Positions 10,800 through 21,910 of a DNA stretch of 32,853 nt are shown one piece after another. The position numbers were made by a program, and so were the translations under genes. Numbering within the stretch: position 1 is the first letter of the stretch; each line of letters begins with the position of its first letter. The DNA is from Chiloscyllium plagiosum (Eukaryota). Location: positions 995,182-1,028,034 of the forward strand of contig NC_057757.1 of the NCBI RefSeq assembly GCF_004010195.1, read 5' to 3'. The notes under the pieces are model-generated. The model was given only the letters and a program-made list of their open reading frames with translations. It was not told the origin of the DNA and searched no databases.

Positions 10800-12215
10800 G
10801 TTAGAGGGGAACCAGGGGGAGCTAGCCAATTAGATACAAAATTGGCTTGAAGGTAGGAAACAGAGGGTGATGGGGGAGGGTTGTTTTTCAGACTGGAGGC
10901 CTGTGACCTGTAGAGTGCCACAAGGATTGGTGCTGGGTCCACTACTTTTTTTGTCAGTGACAGAAATGAATTTGGATGTGAGTACGGGAGGTATGATTAG
11001 CAAGTTTGCAGATGACACCAAAATAATGGTGTAGTGGACAGTGAGGAAGGTTATCTCAGAGTATGACCTTGATCAGATGGGCCAATGGGTTGAGGAGTAG
11101 CAGGCAGCGTTTGATTTTGATAAATGCGAAGTGCTGCATTTTGGAAAGGCAAATCAGGGCAGGACTTGTGCAGTCAGCGGTAGGGTCCTGAGGAGTGTTG
11201 CTGAACAAAGATCTTTGGGTGCAAGTGCATAATTCCTTGAAAGTGGAGTCACATGGAGACAGGATAGTGAAGAAGCCGTTCGGTATGCTTGCCTTTATTG
11301 GTCAGAGCACTGAATACTGGGAGATCATGTTGTAGCTGTACAGGATGTTGGTTAGGCCACTTTTAGAATATTAATTTCTACAGGTCTCCATTCTCCAGGA
11401 GAGACTTTGTGAAACCTGAGAGGGTGCAGGACGTTGCCAGGGTTGGAGGATCTGAGCTATAGGGAGAGGTTGAACAGACTGGGGCTGTTTTCCCTGGAGC
11501 GTTGGAGGCTGAGGGGTGACCTTATAGAGGTTTATAAAATCATGAGGGGCATGGATAGGGTAAATAGACAAAGTCTTTTCCCTGGAGTGTGGGAGTCCAG
11601 AACTAGAGGGCATAGGTTTAGGGTGAGAGGGGAAAGATATAAAAGAGACCTAAAGGTTAGCTTTTTCACGCAGAGGGTGGTACGTGTATGGAATGAGCTG
11701 CCAGAGGAAATGGTGGAGGCTGGTACAATTGCAACATTTAAGAGGCATTTTTATGGGTATATGAATAGGAAGGGTTTGGAGGGATATGGGCCGGGTGCTG
11801 GCAGGTGGGACTACATTGAGTTGGGATATCTGGTCGGCATGGACAGATTAGATTAGATTAGATTACATTACAGTGTGGAAACAGGCCCTTCGGCCCAACA
11901 AGTCCACACTGACCCGCCGAAGCGCAATCCACCCATTCCCCTACATTTACCCCTAACCTAACACTATGGGACAATTTAGCATGGCCAATTCACCTGACCT
12001 GCACATCTTTGGACTGTGGGAGGAAACTGGAGCACCTGGAGGAAACCCACGCAGACACGGGGAGAACGTGCAAACTCCACACAGTCAGTCGCCTGAGGCG
12101 GGAATTGAACCCGGGTCTCTGGCGCTGTGAGGCAGCAGTGCTAACCACTGTGCCACCGTGCCGCCCACAGGTTGGACCGAAGGGTCTGTTTCCGTGCTGT
12201 ACATCTCTATGACTC
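10800..12215 (+). mobile_element. CR1 LINE, RT 3' half, C-terminus and 3' UTR (SINE inserted in 3' UTR)
   Basis: Contains VPQGLVLGPLLF and SKFADDTK motifs and an intact C-terminal ORF at 11434-11856. Tail CTCTATGACTCT. Confidence 0.92.
11847..12166 (-). mobile_element. HE1-type SINE
   Basis: GGGCGGCACGGTGGCACAGTGGTTAGC head, GGTTCAATTCC B box, (TAATC)n tail. ACAG is duplicated at 11843-11846 and 12167-12170. Confidence 0.95.
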
Positions 12216-12219
12216 TGGA

Positions 12220-12452
12220 ACAAGGTTTAAAGGAGACGTGGTGAGGTTTTTTTTCCTCTAAAATTCATGGGTCTTTGGAATGCTCTTCCCAAAAAGGTTT
12301 TGGCAGCAGAATCCTTGGAGTTTTTCAGGGCAGAGTTAGAGACATTCTGGCCCAGGATGTGGGTGATGGGTTTTCAGGGAAATGCAGGAGGTTACACCAG
12401 ATCAGCCATGGATTTACTGAGTGGGGACAGCCTGGTTAGAGGGGCCGAATGC
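12220..12452 (+). mobile_element. Decayed CR1 3' fragment
   Basis: Reads GLWNALPKKVLAAESLEFFRAELE, followed by a CR1-like 3' UTR (AGATCAGCCATG..GAGGGGCCGAATG). Confidence 0.7.
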
Positions 12453-12539
12453 ACAGGTTGCTGTGTGCAAGGGTTTCGCCTCAGCTCCAGATCAAACATG
12501 CAGCTTTGTCAAACTGAACAAGGAAAAGTCCTCTCATTC

Positions 12540-13083
12540 TCCCGTTGGGCTGTTGGTGCTCCTCCGGCGCGCAAGGTGGCGGTATACCCGGAGGAGTCGC
12601 TGCTCCACTACAACGACAGATGCTGGAGCTGCGGATGCTCCTCCGGTCCGGCAGGCGGAGCTGTACGGGGAGGACCTACTGTAGCTGATGCTCCTCCGGT
12701 CCGGAGGGGGGAGCTGTAAGGGGAGGAGCCACTGTAGCTGATATTCCTCCAGGCCGGCAGGCAGGGCTGTACGGGGAGGAGCCGCTATAGCTGATGCTCC
12801 TCCGGGCCGGTAGGCGGGGCTGTACGGGGAGGAGCCGCTATAGTGATGCTCCTCCGGTCCGGCAGGCGGAGATGTATGTGGAGGAGCCGCTGTAGCTGCT
12901 GCTCCTCCGGGCTGGCATGAGGCACTGAGGCCTACAAGCGCGGCATGGCAGGAGGCGCTATACGGGGAGGAGCCCCTATCATTGGGCGAGATTGCGCAAG
13001 CGCAGTTTTGTACGCACCTTCCATTTGGATGAGCACTTTGGCGGCAGGAGGGAGAGTGTCCACGGGGGGGGGGGGGGGGGTTG
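12540..13083. promoter_or_regulatory. Candidate CpG island / promoter
   Basis: Much higher CpG density than the rest of the window. ATTGG (reverse CCAAT) at 12981-12985, NRF1-like TGCGCAAGCGCA at 12993-13004, and a G-run before the gap. Confidence 0.35.
12552..12979. repeat. CpG-rich 53-bp tandem repeat with internal inverted repeat
   Basis: Full units start at 12631, 12684, 12737, 12790 and 12843, with degenerate units at 12552, 12895 and ~12945. Consensus GCTGATGCTCCTCCGGTCCGGCAGGCGGAGCTGTACGGGGAGGAGCCGCTGTA. Confidence 0.9.
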
Positions 13084-14356
13084 NNNNNNNNNNNNNNNNN
13101 NNNNNNNNNNNNNNNNNNNNNNNNNNNNNNNNNNNNNNNNNNNNNNNNNNNNNNNNNNNNNNNNNNNNNNNNNNNNNNNNNNNNNNNNNNNNNNNNNNNN
13201 NNNNNNNNNNNNNNNNNNNNNNNNNNNNNNNNNNNNNNNNNNNNNNNNNNNNNNNNNNNNNNNNNNNNNNNNNNNNNNNNNNNNNNNNNNNNNNNNNNNN
13301 NNNNNNNNNNNNNNNNNNNNNNNNNNNNNNNNNNNNNNNNNNNNNNNNNNNNNNNNNNNNNNNNNNNNNNNNNNNNNNNNNNNNNNNNNNNNNNNNNNNN
13401 NNNNNNNNNNNNNNNNNNNNNNNNNNNNNNNNNNNNNNNNNNNNNNNNNNNNNNNNNNNNNNNNNNNNNNNNNNNNNNNNNNNNNNNNNNNNNNNNNNNN
13501 NNNNNNNNNNNNNNNNNNNNNNNNNNNNNNNNNNNNNNNNNNNNNNNNNNNNNNNNNNNNNNNNNNNNNNNNNNNNNNNNNNNNNNNNNNNNNNNNNNNN
13601 NNNNNNNNNNNNNNNNNNNNNNNNNNNNNNNNNNNNNNNNNNNNNNNNNNNNNNNNNNNNNNNNNNNNNNNNNNNNNNNNNNNNNNNNNNNNNNNNNNNN
13701 NNNNNNNNNNNNNNNNNNNNNNNNNNNNNNNNNNNNNNNNNNNNCCTCCGACTTTTGTTGTGGCTCCAGGATGGGGCGTGGCTGGAGGATGTAGGGAGTG
13801 GAGAGAGATTGGATGGATGGATGGGGTATTGGGGTGAGTTGGTGGGGTCAGGGGAATAGGAGGGTTTTGCAGTGGCTGGGAATTTGGGTGGAGGGATGTG
13901 GACTGGAGGGGGAAATGTTGGTTGATGATTGGTCAATGGCTTGGCAGATGTGGTTAGATGGGTGATGATTGGGAAATGGGAGCTGGAAGTGGGGAAAGCG
14001 CTGGGGAATAAGATGGGGAAGGGGAAAGAGTTTGAAATGCTGAGTGCAACGGTGGGCTAAGGGGATGCACAGCCAGATTGTGTACTTATCCAAATGTCTT
14101 TTAAACACTGTAACTGTACCCTCATCCACCACTTTCTCTGGCAGTTCATTCCAAGTGTGAACCACTTTGAAAAAAAAGTTGTCCTTTTTAAATGTTTAAT
14201 CTCCACCTTGGTTTGAACTCTCCCACTCTAGAGAAAAGACACTTATCATTCACCTTACCTCTGCCCCTCATGATTTTATAAGCCTCAAAAAGGTCCATGC
14301 TCCAGTGAAAAAAGTGCCAGCCTCTCCTTATAACTCAACACATCCATTCCTGACAA

Positions 14357-14470
14357 TTCATTCCTGATGAAGGGCTTTTGCCTGAAATGTTGATTCTCCT
14401 ACTCCTCGAATGCTGTGCTTTTCTAGCACCACACTCTTGACTCTAATCTGCAGTACTCAGTTTCTCCTAA
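14357..14470 (+). mobile_element. Penelope-terminus insertion with hammerhead core
   Basis: CTGATGAAGGGC-TTTT-GCCT-GAAATGTT at 14364-14391. Imperfect duplication CATTCCTGACAA / CATTCTGATAA at the flanks. Confidence 0.7.
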
Positions 14471-14851
14471 CATTCTGATAACGTTTTTTTGAACCTTCTG
14501 CAATTTAACAATATCCTTCCCATAACAGGGCAACCAGAACTGCATTCAGTTCTCCAGAAGAGGCCTCACCAACGTCCTGTACAACCTCAACATAATGCCC
14601 CAACTCTTATACTCAGAGGTCTGAGTGATGAAAGCAAGTGTACTAAACACCTTCTGAACCACTCTGTCTACCTGTGAAGCAAATTTCAAAAGAATTATGC
14701 ATTTGAACCTTTAGGTCTCTGTTCTATAACACTCCCCAGTACCCTACCATTTATTATATAACTCCTGTCCTTGTTTGTTTTACCGAAATGCAGCACCTCA
14801 CACTTATCCACATTAAACTCCATCTGCCACTCCTCAGCCCATTGACCCAAC

Positions 14852-15370
14852 TAGAATCATAGAGATGTGCAGCACGGATTCAGACCCTTCAGTTCATGCC
14901 AACCAGATATCCTAAATTAATCTAGTCCCATTTGGCAGCACTTGGCCCATATCCCTCCAAACCCTTCCTATTCATATACCCATCCAGATGCCTTTTAAAT
15001 GTTAAAATTGTACCAGCCTCCACCACTTCCTCTGGCAGCTCATTTGTACACACACCACCCTCTGTGTGGAAAAAGTTGCTCCTTGGTTCCCTTTTAAATC
15101 TTTCCCCACTCGCCTTAAACCTATGCCCTTTAGTTTTGGACTCCTCTACCCTCAGGAAAAGACCTTGTCTATTTACTTTATCCATGTCCCTTATGATTTT
15201 ATAAATTTCTATAAGGTCACTACTCAGCCTCCGACGCTCCAGGGAAAATAGTCCCAGCCTGTTCAGCCTCTCCATGCAGCTCAAGCCCTCCAACCCTGGC
15301 AACATCCTTGTAAATCTCTTTTGAACCCTTTCAAGTTTCACAACAACCTTCCTATAGCAGGGATATCAGA
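14852..15370 (-). mobile_element. CR1/HER1 3' fragment
   Basis: ORF 14922-15341(-) reads KLERVQKRFTRMLPGLEGL..FKRHLDGYM. Confidence 0.9.
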
Positions 15371-15519
15371 AGCGATCTGGATCTCTTTGTACTCTTAGAT
15401 AACCTTCTTCACTGTCCACTATACAACCAATTTTAGTGTCATCTGTAAAATTACTAGCCATGCCTCTGATACTTTCATCCAAATCATTTATATAGATGAC
15501 AAACAAAAATGGACGCAAT

Positions 15520-16590
15520 ATTTATCAGAAATTGGCTAGCTGAAATATTGTATATCAAAATTGGCTAGCTGAAAGAAGACAGAGGGTGATGGTGGATGGG
15601 AATATTCTTTCTGGAGTTCAGTTACTAGTGGGGTACTGTAAGGATCTGTTTTGGGTCCTCTGCTGTCATTTTTATAAACTACCTGGATGAGGGTGTAGAT
15701 GGATGGGTTAGTAAATTTGTGGACAACACGAAGATCAGTAGAGTTATGGATAATGCTGAAGGATGTTTAGGTTACAGAGGGACATAGATAAGCTGCAGAG
15801 CTGGGTTGAGAGGTGGCAAATGGAGTTTAACGTGGAAAAGTGTGAGCTGATTTGAAAGGAGTAACAGGAATGCAGAGTACTGGGCTAATGGTAAGATTCT
15901 TGGTAATGTAAATGAGCAGAGAGATCAGTGTCCAGGTACATAGATCCTTGAAAGTTGTCATCCAGGTTGATAGGGTTGTTAAGAAGGCGTATGGTGTGTT
16001 AGCTTTTATTGGTAGAGGGATTGAGTTTTGGAACCACGAGATCATGCTGCAGCTGTACAGAGCTCTGGTGCAGCCTCACTTGGATTATTGTGAACAGTTC
16101 TGGTCACCGCATTATAGGAAGGATGTGGAAGCTTTGGAAAGGGTTCAGACAAGATTTACTAGGATGTTGCCTGGTATGGAGGGAAGGTCTTACAAAGAAA
16201 GGCTGAGGGACTTGAGACTGTTTTTGTTAGAGAGAAGAAGGTTGAGAGGCGACTTAATTGATACATATTAGATAATCAGAGGGTTAGATAAGGTGGATAG
16301 AACCTTTTTCCTCGGATGGCGATGGCCAACATGAGGGGACATAGCTTTAAATTGAGGGGTGATAGATATGGGACAGATGTCAGAGGTAGTTTCTTTACTC
16401 AGAGAGTAGTAGGTGCGTGGAATGCACTGCTTGCAACTGTAATAGACTCTCCAACTTTAGGGGCATTTAAGTGGTCATTGGATAGGCATTTGGAACAGGA
16501 TGGAATAGTGTAAGTTAGATGGGCTTCAGATTGATTTCACAGGTCAGTGCAACATCGAGGGCCTGTACTGCCCTGTAATGTTCTATGATC
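15520..16590 (+). mobile_element. CR1 LINE 3' half
   Basis: Contains GSVLGPLL, KFVDNTK, LVQPHLDYCEQFWSP and FFTQRVVGAWN motifs plus a 3' UTR. Local duplication of AAATTGGCTAGCTGAAA at the 5' edge. Confidence 0.9.
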
Positions 16591-18660
16591 CCTATGGAAC
16601 ACTGCTGGTCACATGTTTCCAGTCTGGAAAACAACCCTGTGTCTCCTACCATCAAACCACTTTTGTATCCAGCTGGTGAGCTCACCCTAAATCTCATGTG
16701 ATTGAACTTTACTAATTAGTCTACCGTGCAGAACCTTGTCAAAGGCTTTACTAACTTTAAAGTAAACAATGTCTACGACTCTGTCCTCTTCAATCATAGA
16801 GTCATAGAGATGTACAGCATGGAAACAGACCCTTCGGTCCAACCCGTCCATGCCGACCAGATATCCCAACCCAATCTAGTCCCACCTGCCAGCACCCGGC
16901 CCATATCCCTCCAAACCCTTCCTATACATATACCCATCCAAATGCCTCTTAAATGTTGCAATTGTACCAGCCTCCACNNNNNNNNNNNNNNNNNNNNNNN
17001 NNNNNNNNNNNNNNNNNNNNNNNNNNNNNNNNNNNNNNNNNNNNNNNNNNNNNNNNNNNNNNNNNNNNNNNNNNNNNNNNNNNNNNNNNNNNNNNNNNNN
17101 NNNNNNNNNNNNNNNNNNNNNNNNNNNNNNNNNNNNNNNNNNNNNNNNNNNNNNNNNNNNNNNNNNNNNNNNNNNNNNNNNNNNNNNNNNNNNNNNNNNN
17201 NNNNNNNNNNNNNNNNNNNNNNNNNNNNNNNNNNNNNNNNNNNNNNNNNNNNNNNNNNNNNNNNNNNNNNNNNNNNNNNNNNNNNNNNNNNNNNNNNNNN
17301 NNNNNNNNNNNNNNNNNNNNNNNNNNNNNNNNNNNNNNNNNNNNNNNNNNNNNNNNNNNNNNNNNNNNNNNNNNNNNNNNNNNNNNNNNNNNNNNNNNNN
17401 NNNNNNNNNNNNNNNNNNNNNNNNNNNNNNNNNNNNNNNNNNNNNNNNNNNNNNNNNNNNNNNNNNNNNNNNNNNNNNNNNNNNNNNNNNNNNNNNNNNN
17501 NNNNNNNNNNNNNNNNNNNNNNNNNNNNNNNNNNNNNNNNNNNNNNNNNNNNNNNNNNNNNNNNNNNNNNNNNNNNNNNNNNNNNNNNNNNNNNNNNNNN
17601 NNNNNNNNNNNNNNNNNNNNNNNNNNNNNNNNNNNNNNNNNNNNNNNNNNNNNNNNNNNNNNNNNNNNNNNNNNNNNNNNNNNNNNNNNNNNNNNNNNNN
17701 NNNNNNNNNNNNNNNNNNNNNNNNNNNNNNNNNNNNNNNNNNNNNNNNNNNNNNNNNNNNNNNNNNNNNNNNNNNNNNNNNNNNNNNNNNNNNNNNNNNN
17801 NNNNNNNNNNNNNNNNNNNNNNNNNNNNNNNNNNNNNNNNNNNNNNNNNNNNNNNNNNNACCGGTTAGCCAGTTCTCTACCCAACTGGCTAAATTTCCCA
17901 CAATCCCATGCCTCCTGATACACCTGATCAGGTCCTGGGGATTTATCCACTTTTAACCGTTTCAAGACATCCAGCACTTCCTCCTCTGTAATCTGGACAT
18001 TTTGCAAGATGTCACCATCTATTTCCCTACAGTCTATATCTTTCATATCCTTTTCCACAGTAAATACTGATGCAAAATACTCATTTAGTATCTCCCCCAT
18101 TTTCTGTGGCTCCACACAAAGGCCGCCTTGCTGATCTTAGAGGGGCCCTATTCCCTCCCTAGTTACCCTTTTGTCCTTAATGTATTTGTAAAAACCCTTT
18201 GGATTCTCCTTAATTCTATTTGCCAGTGCTATCTCATTTTAGTTACTTCATTTAAAAACTCATTCAAGTTTGTGAGACACACATTTCCCTTGCACAAACT
18301 CATGCTGACTATCGAGGAGAAAGTGAGGACTGCAGATGCTGGAGATCAGAGCTGAAAATGTGTTGCTGGAAAAGCGCAGCAGGNNNNNNNCGACGTTTCA
18401 GGCATAAGCCTGAAGAAGGGCTTATGCCCGAAACGTCGATTCTCCTGCTCCTTGGATGCTGCCTGACCTGCTGCGCTTGTCCAGCAACACATTTTCAGCT
18501 CATGCTGACTATCCTTCACCTGCCTCTCCAAATTCACGTAAATCCTATGTTTCAGAATGCCCTCCAACAACATACCCACCCCTGATGTCAGACTCTCAGG
18601 TCTATTGTCCCAGGCTTGTCCTTTCAGCCTTCCTTAAACAATGGCATAACATTAGCCACT
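16590..18660 (-). mobile_element. Old CR1 RT fragment (16590-16797 and 18238-18660) interrupted by a young CR1/HER1 (about 16798-18237, gap inside)
   Basis: Outer element reads VDIVYFKVSKAFDKVLHGRLI and GMLLEGILKHRIY. Inner element reads EILNEYFASVFT..KSPGPD and has a 3' tail at 16798-16977. Confidence 0.85.
18314..18498. mobile_element. Palindromic Penelope-derived mini-element with hammerhead core and perfect 15-bp TSD
   Basis: TSD CTCATGCTGACTATC at 18299-18313 and 18499-18513. Core CUGAAGA-A-GGGC-UUAU-GCCC-GAAACGUC at 18410-18437. Same subfamily as 3264-3485. Confidence 0.88.
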
Positions 18661-18799
18661 CTTGCTCGCAGTTATTCAGAATGGGCTGGTAACTTGTCTG
18701 AAAAGCTGCTGAACAGGTGGTGGTTTTGTTGTTAGTGAGATTTGAATATGACGTAAGTCTAGAAATCAAAGGCTGATGACCAAGAAATGATTGTTGTTA

Positions 18800-18925
18800 A
18801 GACCCAAATGGTACCCGCCCTTGAGGGAGGGAAATCTGCAGTCCTTACCTGGTCTGACCTACATGTAACTCCAGACCCATAGCAGCGTGTTTGACTCATT
18901 ACCTGTCCTCTATGGTGGTCCTGAG
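18800..18925 (+). mobile_element. Interspersed repeat fragment (shark SINE-like)
   Basis: GGAAATCTGCAGTCCTTACCTGGTCTGACCTACATGTAACTCCAGACCC resembles a common elasmobranch repeat (from recall only). Confidence 0.35.
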
Positions 18926-19115
18926 GCAGTAATTACAGCTGATGACGATGATAGGCGATGCTTCCTTCTGTGTTGACCACAGCGGGAGAAGGGTATTAGT
19001 CTGCTCTGTACTAGCATGTCTATCCTGTACCAAATGCCTGCAGCTCGTGCCCAGTTTAAGTTACCCAGTAAGTAAAATATGCATTCCCGGGATGGACGAT
19101 TGTGATTGGCCAGTA

Positions 19116-20770
19116 GAGTCACAGGCGTCAAACAGAATGGAAACAGGCCCTTCGGCCCAAGTTGTCCATGCTGACCAGGTTTCCTAAACTGATCTTGTCC
19201 CATTTGTCTGAGTTTGACCCACATCCCTCTAAACCCTTCCTATCCACGTACCTGTCCAAATGCTTTATAAATGTTGTAATTGTATCTGCCTTTACAACGT
19301 CCTGTTGCAGCTCGTTCCACACTGGCATCACTCTCTCCATGAAAAACGTTGCCCCCTCATGTCGCTTTTAAATCTTTCCCCTCTCACCTTAAACTTATGC
19401 CCCCTAGTTTTGGACTCACCTACCCTGGAAGAGACCTTAGCTATTCACCTTATGCATGCCTCTCATGATTTTATTAACTTCTACAAGATCACCCCTCAGC
19501 CTGTGCCTCTCCAGGGGAAAAGGTTCCAGTTTATTGAGCCTCTCCTTATAGCTGAAACCCTCCAACCCTGGCAACATCCTTGTAAATCCTTTTTATACTC
19601 GTTCCAGTTTAATAACATCTTTCCTATAGCAGGGTGACCCAGGATTTTATGCAGTATTCCTATTGTGGGCTTACCAATGTCTTGTATAGCTGTTACATGA
19701 TGTCCCAACTTCTATACTCAATGGTCTGAGCAATGAAGGCAAACTTGCCATACACCTCATTCACCAGTCTATCTGCCTGAGATGTCACTTTCAAGGAACT
19801 ATGTACCTGAGTCAAGTACTGATCCATGCTCTTGAGTTTGTCTCTATCATTCCTGATACTACTTGCCTTAAAATAGACACACTTCAACCCATCACACAGA
19901 CTGCACCTTTGCCCTATCAAGTGCCTATCCCTCCTCACAGACTCTCTGCACCCTGTATCTGGCTGTTCACTACCTACTCCATCATCTGATCCGTAGCTCA
20001 GGCTCCCACCCCTCTGCCAATCTAGTTTAACTCCTCCCAAAGAGCTCTAGCAAACCACCTGCCCAGGATATTGGTGTCCCTCCAGTTCAGGTGTAACCCA
20101 TCCTGCTTGTACAGATCCCTCCTTCCCTGGAAGGAATCCCAATGATCCACATTTGTGGGCGGCACGGTGGCACAGCAGTTAGCACTGCTGCCTCACCGCG
20201 CTAGAGACCCGGGTTCAATTCCCGCCTCAGGCGACTGACTGTGTGGAATTTGCACGTTCTCCCCGTGTCTGCGTGGGTTTCCTCCGGGTGCTCCAGTTTC
20301 CTCCCACAGTCCAAAGATGTGCAGGTCAGGTGAATTGGCCATGCTAAATTGCCTGTAGTGTTAGGTAAGGGGTAAATGTAGGGGTATGGGTGGGTTGTGC
20401 TTCGGCGGGGCGGTGTGGACTTGTTAGGCCGAAGGGCCTGTTTCCACAATGTAATGTAATCTGTAATCTGTATCTGAAGCCCTCCCTCCTACACCAACCC
20501 TGCAGCTACGTGTTCATCTGCACTCGCTCTCTATTCCTAGCCTCACTAGGGCGTGGCACTGGTAGCAATCCTGAGATTACTACTCTGCTTGTCCTGCCTT
20601 CTAGCTTCCAACCTAACTCCCTATACTCTCTTTTCAGATCCTCCTCCCTTTCCCTACCTATGTCATTGGTACCAATATATACCACGACTTCTGGCTGCTC
20701 TCCCACCCCCTTACAACTCGATTTGAGATATCCCTGATCCTGGCACGCGGGAGGCAACATACTATCTGGG
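19116..20770 (-). mobile_element. CR1 with ORF1 esterase-like domain and ORF2 start joined directly to ORF2 C-terminus/3' UTR (internally deleted or chimeric)
   Basis: ORF1 reads VVVYIGTNDIG..RVVISGLLPVP. ORF2 start LKCVYFKASSIRN is joined near 19810 to QVHSSLKV..AFIAQTIEYRS. Confidence 0.8.
20157..20469 (+). mobile_element. HE1-type SINE
   Basis: GGGCGGCACGGTGGCACAGCAGTTAGC head, GGTTCAATTCC B box, TGTAAT-repeat tail. Near-identical to the reverse complement of 11847-12166. Confidence 0.95.
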
Positions 20771-20774
20771 AGAC

Positions 20775-21910
20775 GCACTTTTGAAAGCCTCCCACTTACC
20801 AGATGTCCCTTTACCTGAGAACAGCATTCTCCCAAACAATGTTTGAAAGTTCCCATCTACTCTCATCAAAGTTGGCCTTACCCCTGTTTAGAACTGCACC
20901 ATGTGGACCAGACCTACCCTTTTTCACAACTATTTGAAAATCGATAGAATTGTGGTCATTGGTCCCAAAGTGCTCCCCCACTAGCACTTCAGTCATTTGC
21001 CCTGCCTTATTTCCCAAGAGGAGGTTGAGTTTTTTCCCCTTCTCTGGAAGGGCCATTAACATAATAATTGAGAACGTTTTCCTGAACACACTTCACAAAA
21101 ATTTGCCCCCTTCCAAATCCCTTAACATTATACCCAGTCTATGTTTGGAAAGTTAAAATCCCCTACTATTTCAATCCTATTATTCTTACAGACTATCTGC
21201 GATCTCTCTTAGTATTTGCTCCTTAATTTCCTGCTGACTAATGGGAGACCTATGGTACAACCCCATCAAAGTGATCAGCCCCTTCGTATTTCACAGTTTC
21301 ACCAATTGCACTTCATTTCATGGTCCTTCAGGAATATCCTGTCTAAATATTTTAAGCACGGTGGCTCAGTGGTTAGCACTGCTGCCTTTTAGGTTTGATT
21401 CCAGCCTTGGGCCACTGCCTGTGTGGAGTTTGCACATTCTCCCCGTGTCTGCGTGAGTTTCCTCCCATGGCCCAAAGATATGCAGGTTAGGGTGGGCAGG
21501 CCGTGGAAGATTGTCCCGTAGTGTCCAGGAATGGGCAGGGTAGGTGGGTTAGCAATGGGAAATGCAGGGTTTCAGGGATAGCATGGGGGTGGGGCGGAAG
21601 GGTAAGTCTGGATCGGATACTCTTCAGAGGATTGGTGTGGACTTGATGGGCTGAATGGCCTGTTTCGACACAAGAATTCTATTATACTGCTGTGATTTTT
21701 CCCCAATCCAAAATGCCACTCCCCCTCCTTGTTTGCCTCCTCTTTCTAAAGCACCTTGGAACTTGGAGCTGCTGGTCACGTCCCTCCCACAGTCACCTTT
21801 CTGGAATATCTATAATATTCCAGTCCTGCGTCCCCATCCATGCCCTAGGTTCATTTGCTTTACCTGTCAGGCCTCTTGCATCGAAATAAATACCGTTTAA
21901 TCCATCCGTC
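20775..21910 (-). mobile_element. CR1 APE endonuclease fragment (SINE inserted)
   Basis: LNLLLGNKAGQMTEVLVGEHFGTNDHNSIDF matches the APE C-terminal LDL..SDH motifs. Confidence 0.8.
21356..21682 (+). mobile_element. HE1-type SINE (diverged)
   Basis: GCACGGTGGCTCAGTGGTTAGC head, GTGTGGAGTTTGCACATTCTCCCCGTGTCTGCGTG core and a CR1-like tail. Confidence 0.88.

Larger units (their letters stand above)
14075..15515 (-). mobile_element. Old CR1 3'-half fragment interrupted by a Penelope terminus (14357-14470) and another CR1 (14852-15370)
   Basis: HTWNELPEKVVDEGTVTVFKRHLDKY near 14080-14165. RT-region sequence resumes at 15375-15515. Confidence 0.8.

Noticed and set aside
12552..12979. Palindromic repeat and spacer pattern resembling CRISPR
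   Set aside because: The intervening segments are homologous to each other, so this is a tandem repeat.
12932..18115. Long ORFs spanning N runs
   Set aside because: These are artefacts of assembly gaps.
20157..20230. tRNA gene-like A/B boxes (also at 3117, 12166, 21356, 23004, 30876)
   Set aside because: They are SINE heads continuing into SINE body and tail, with no complete cloverleaf.
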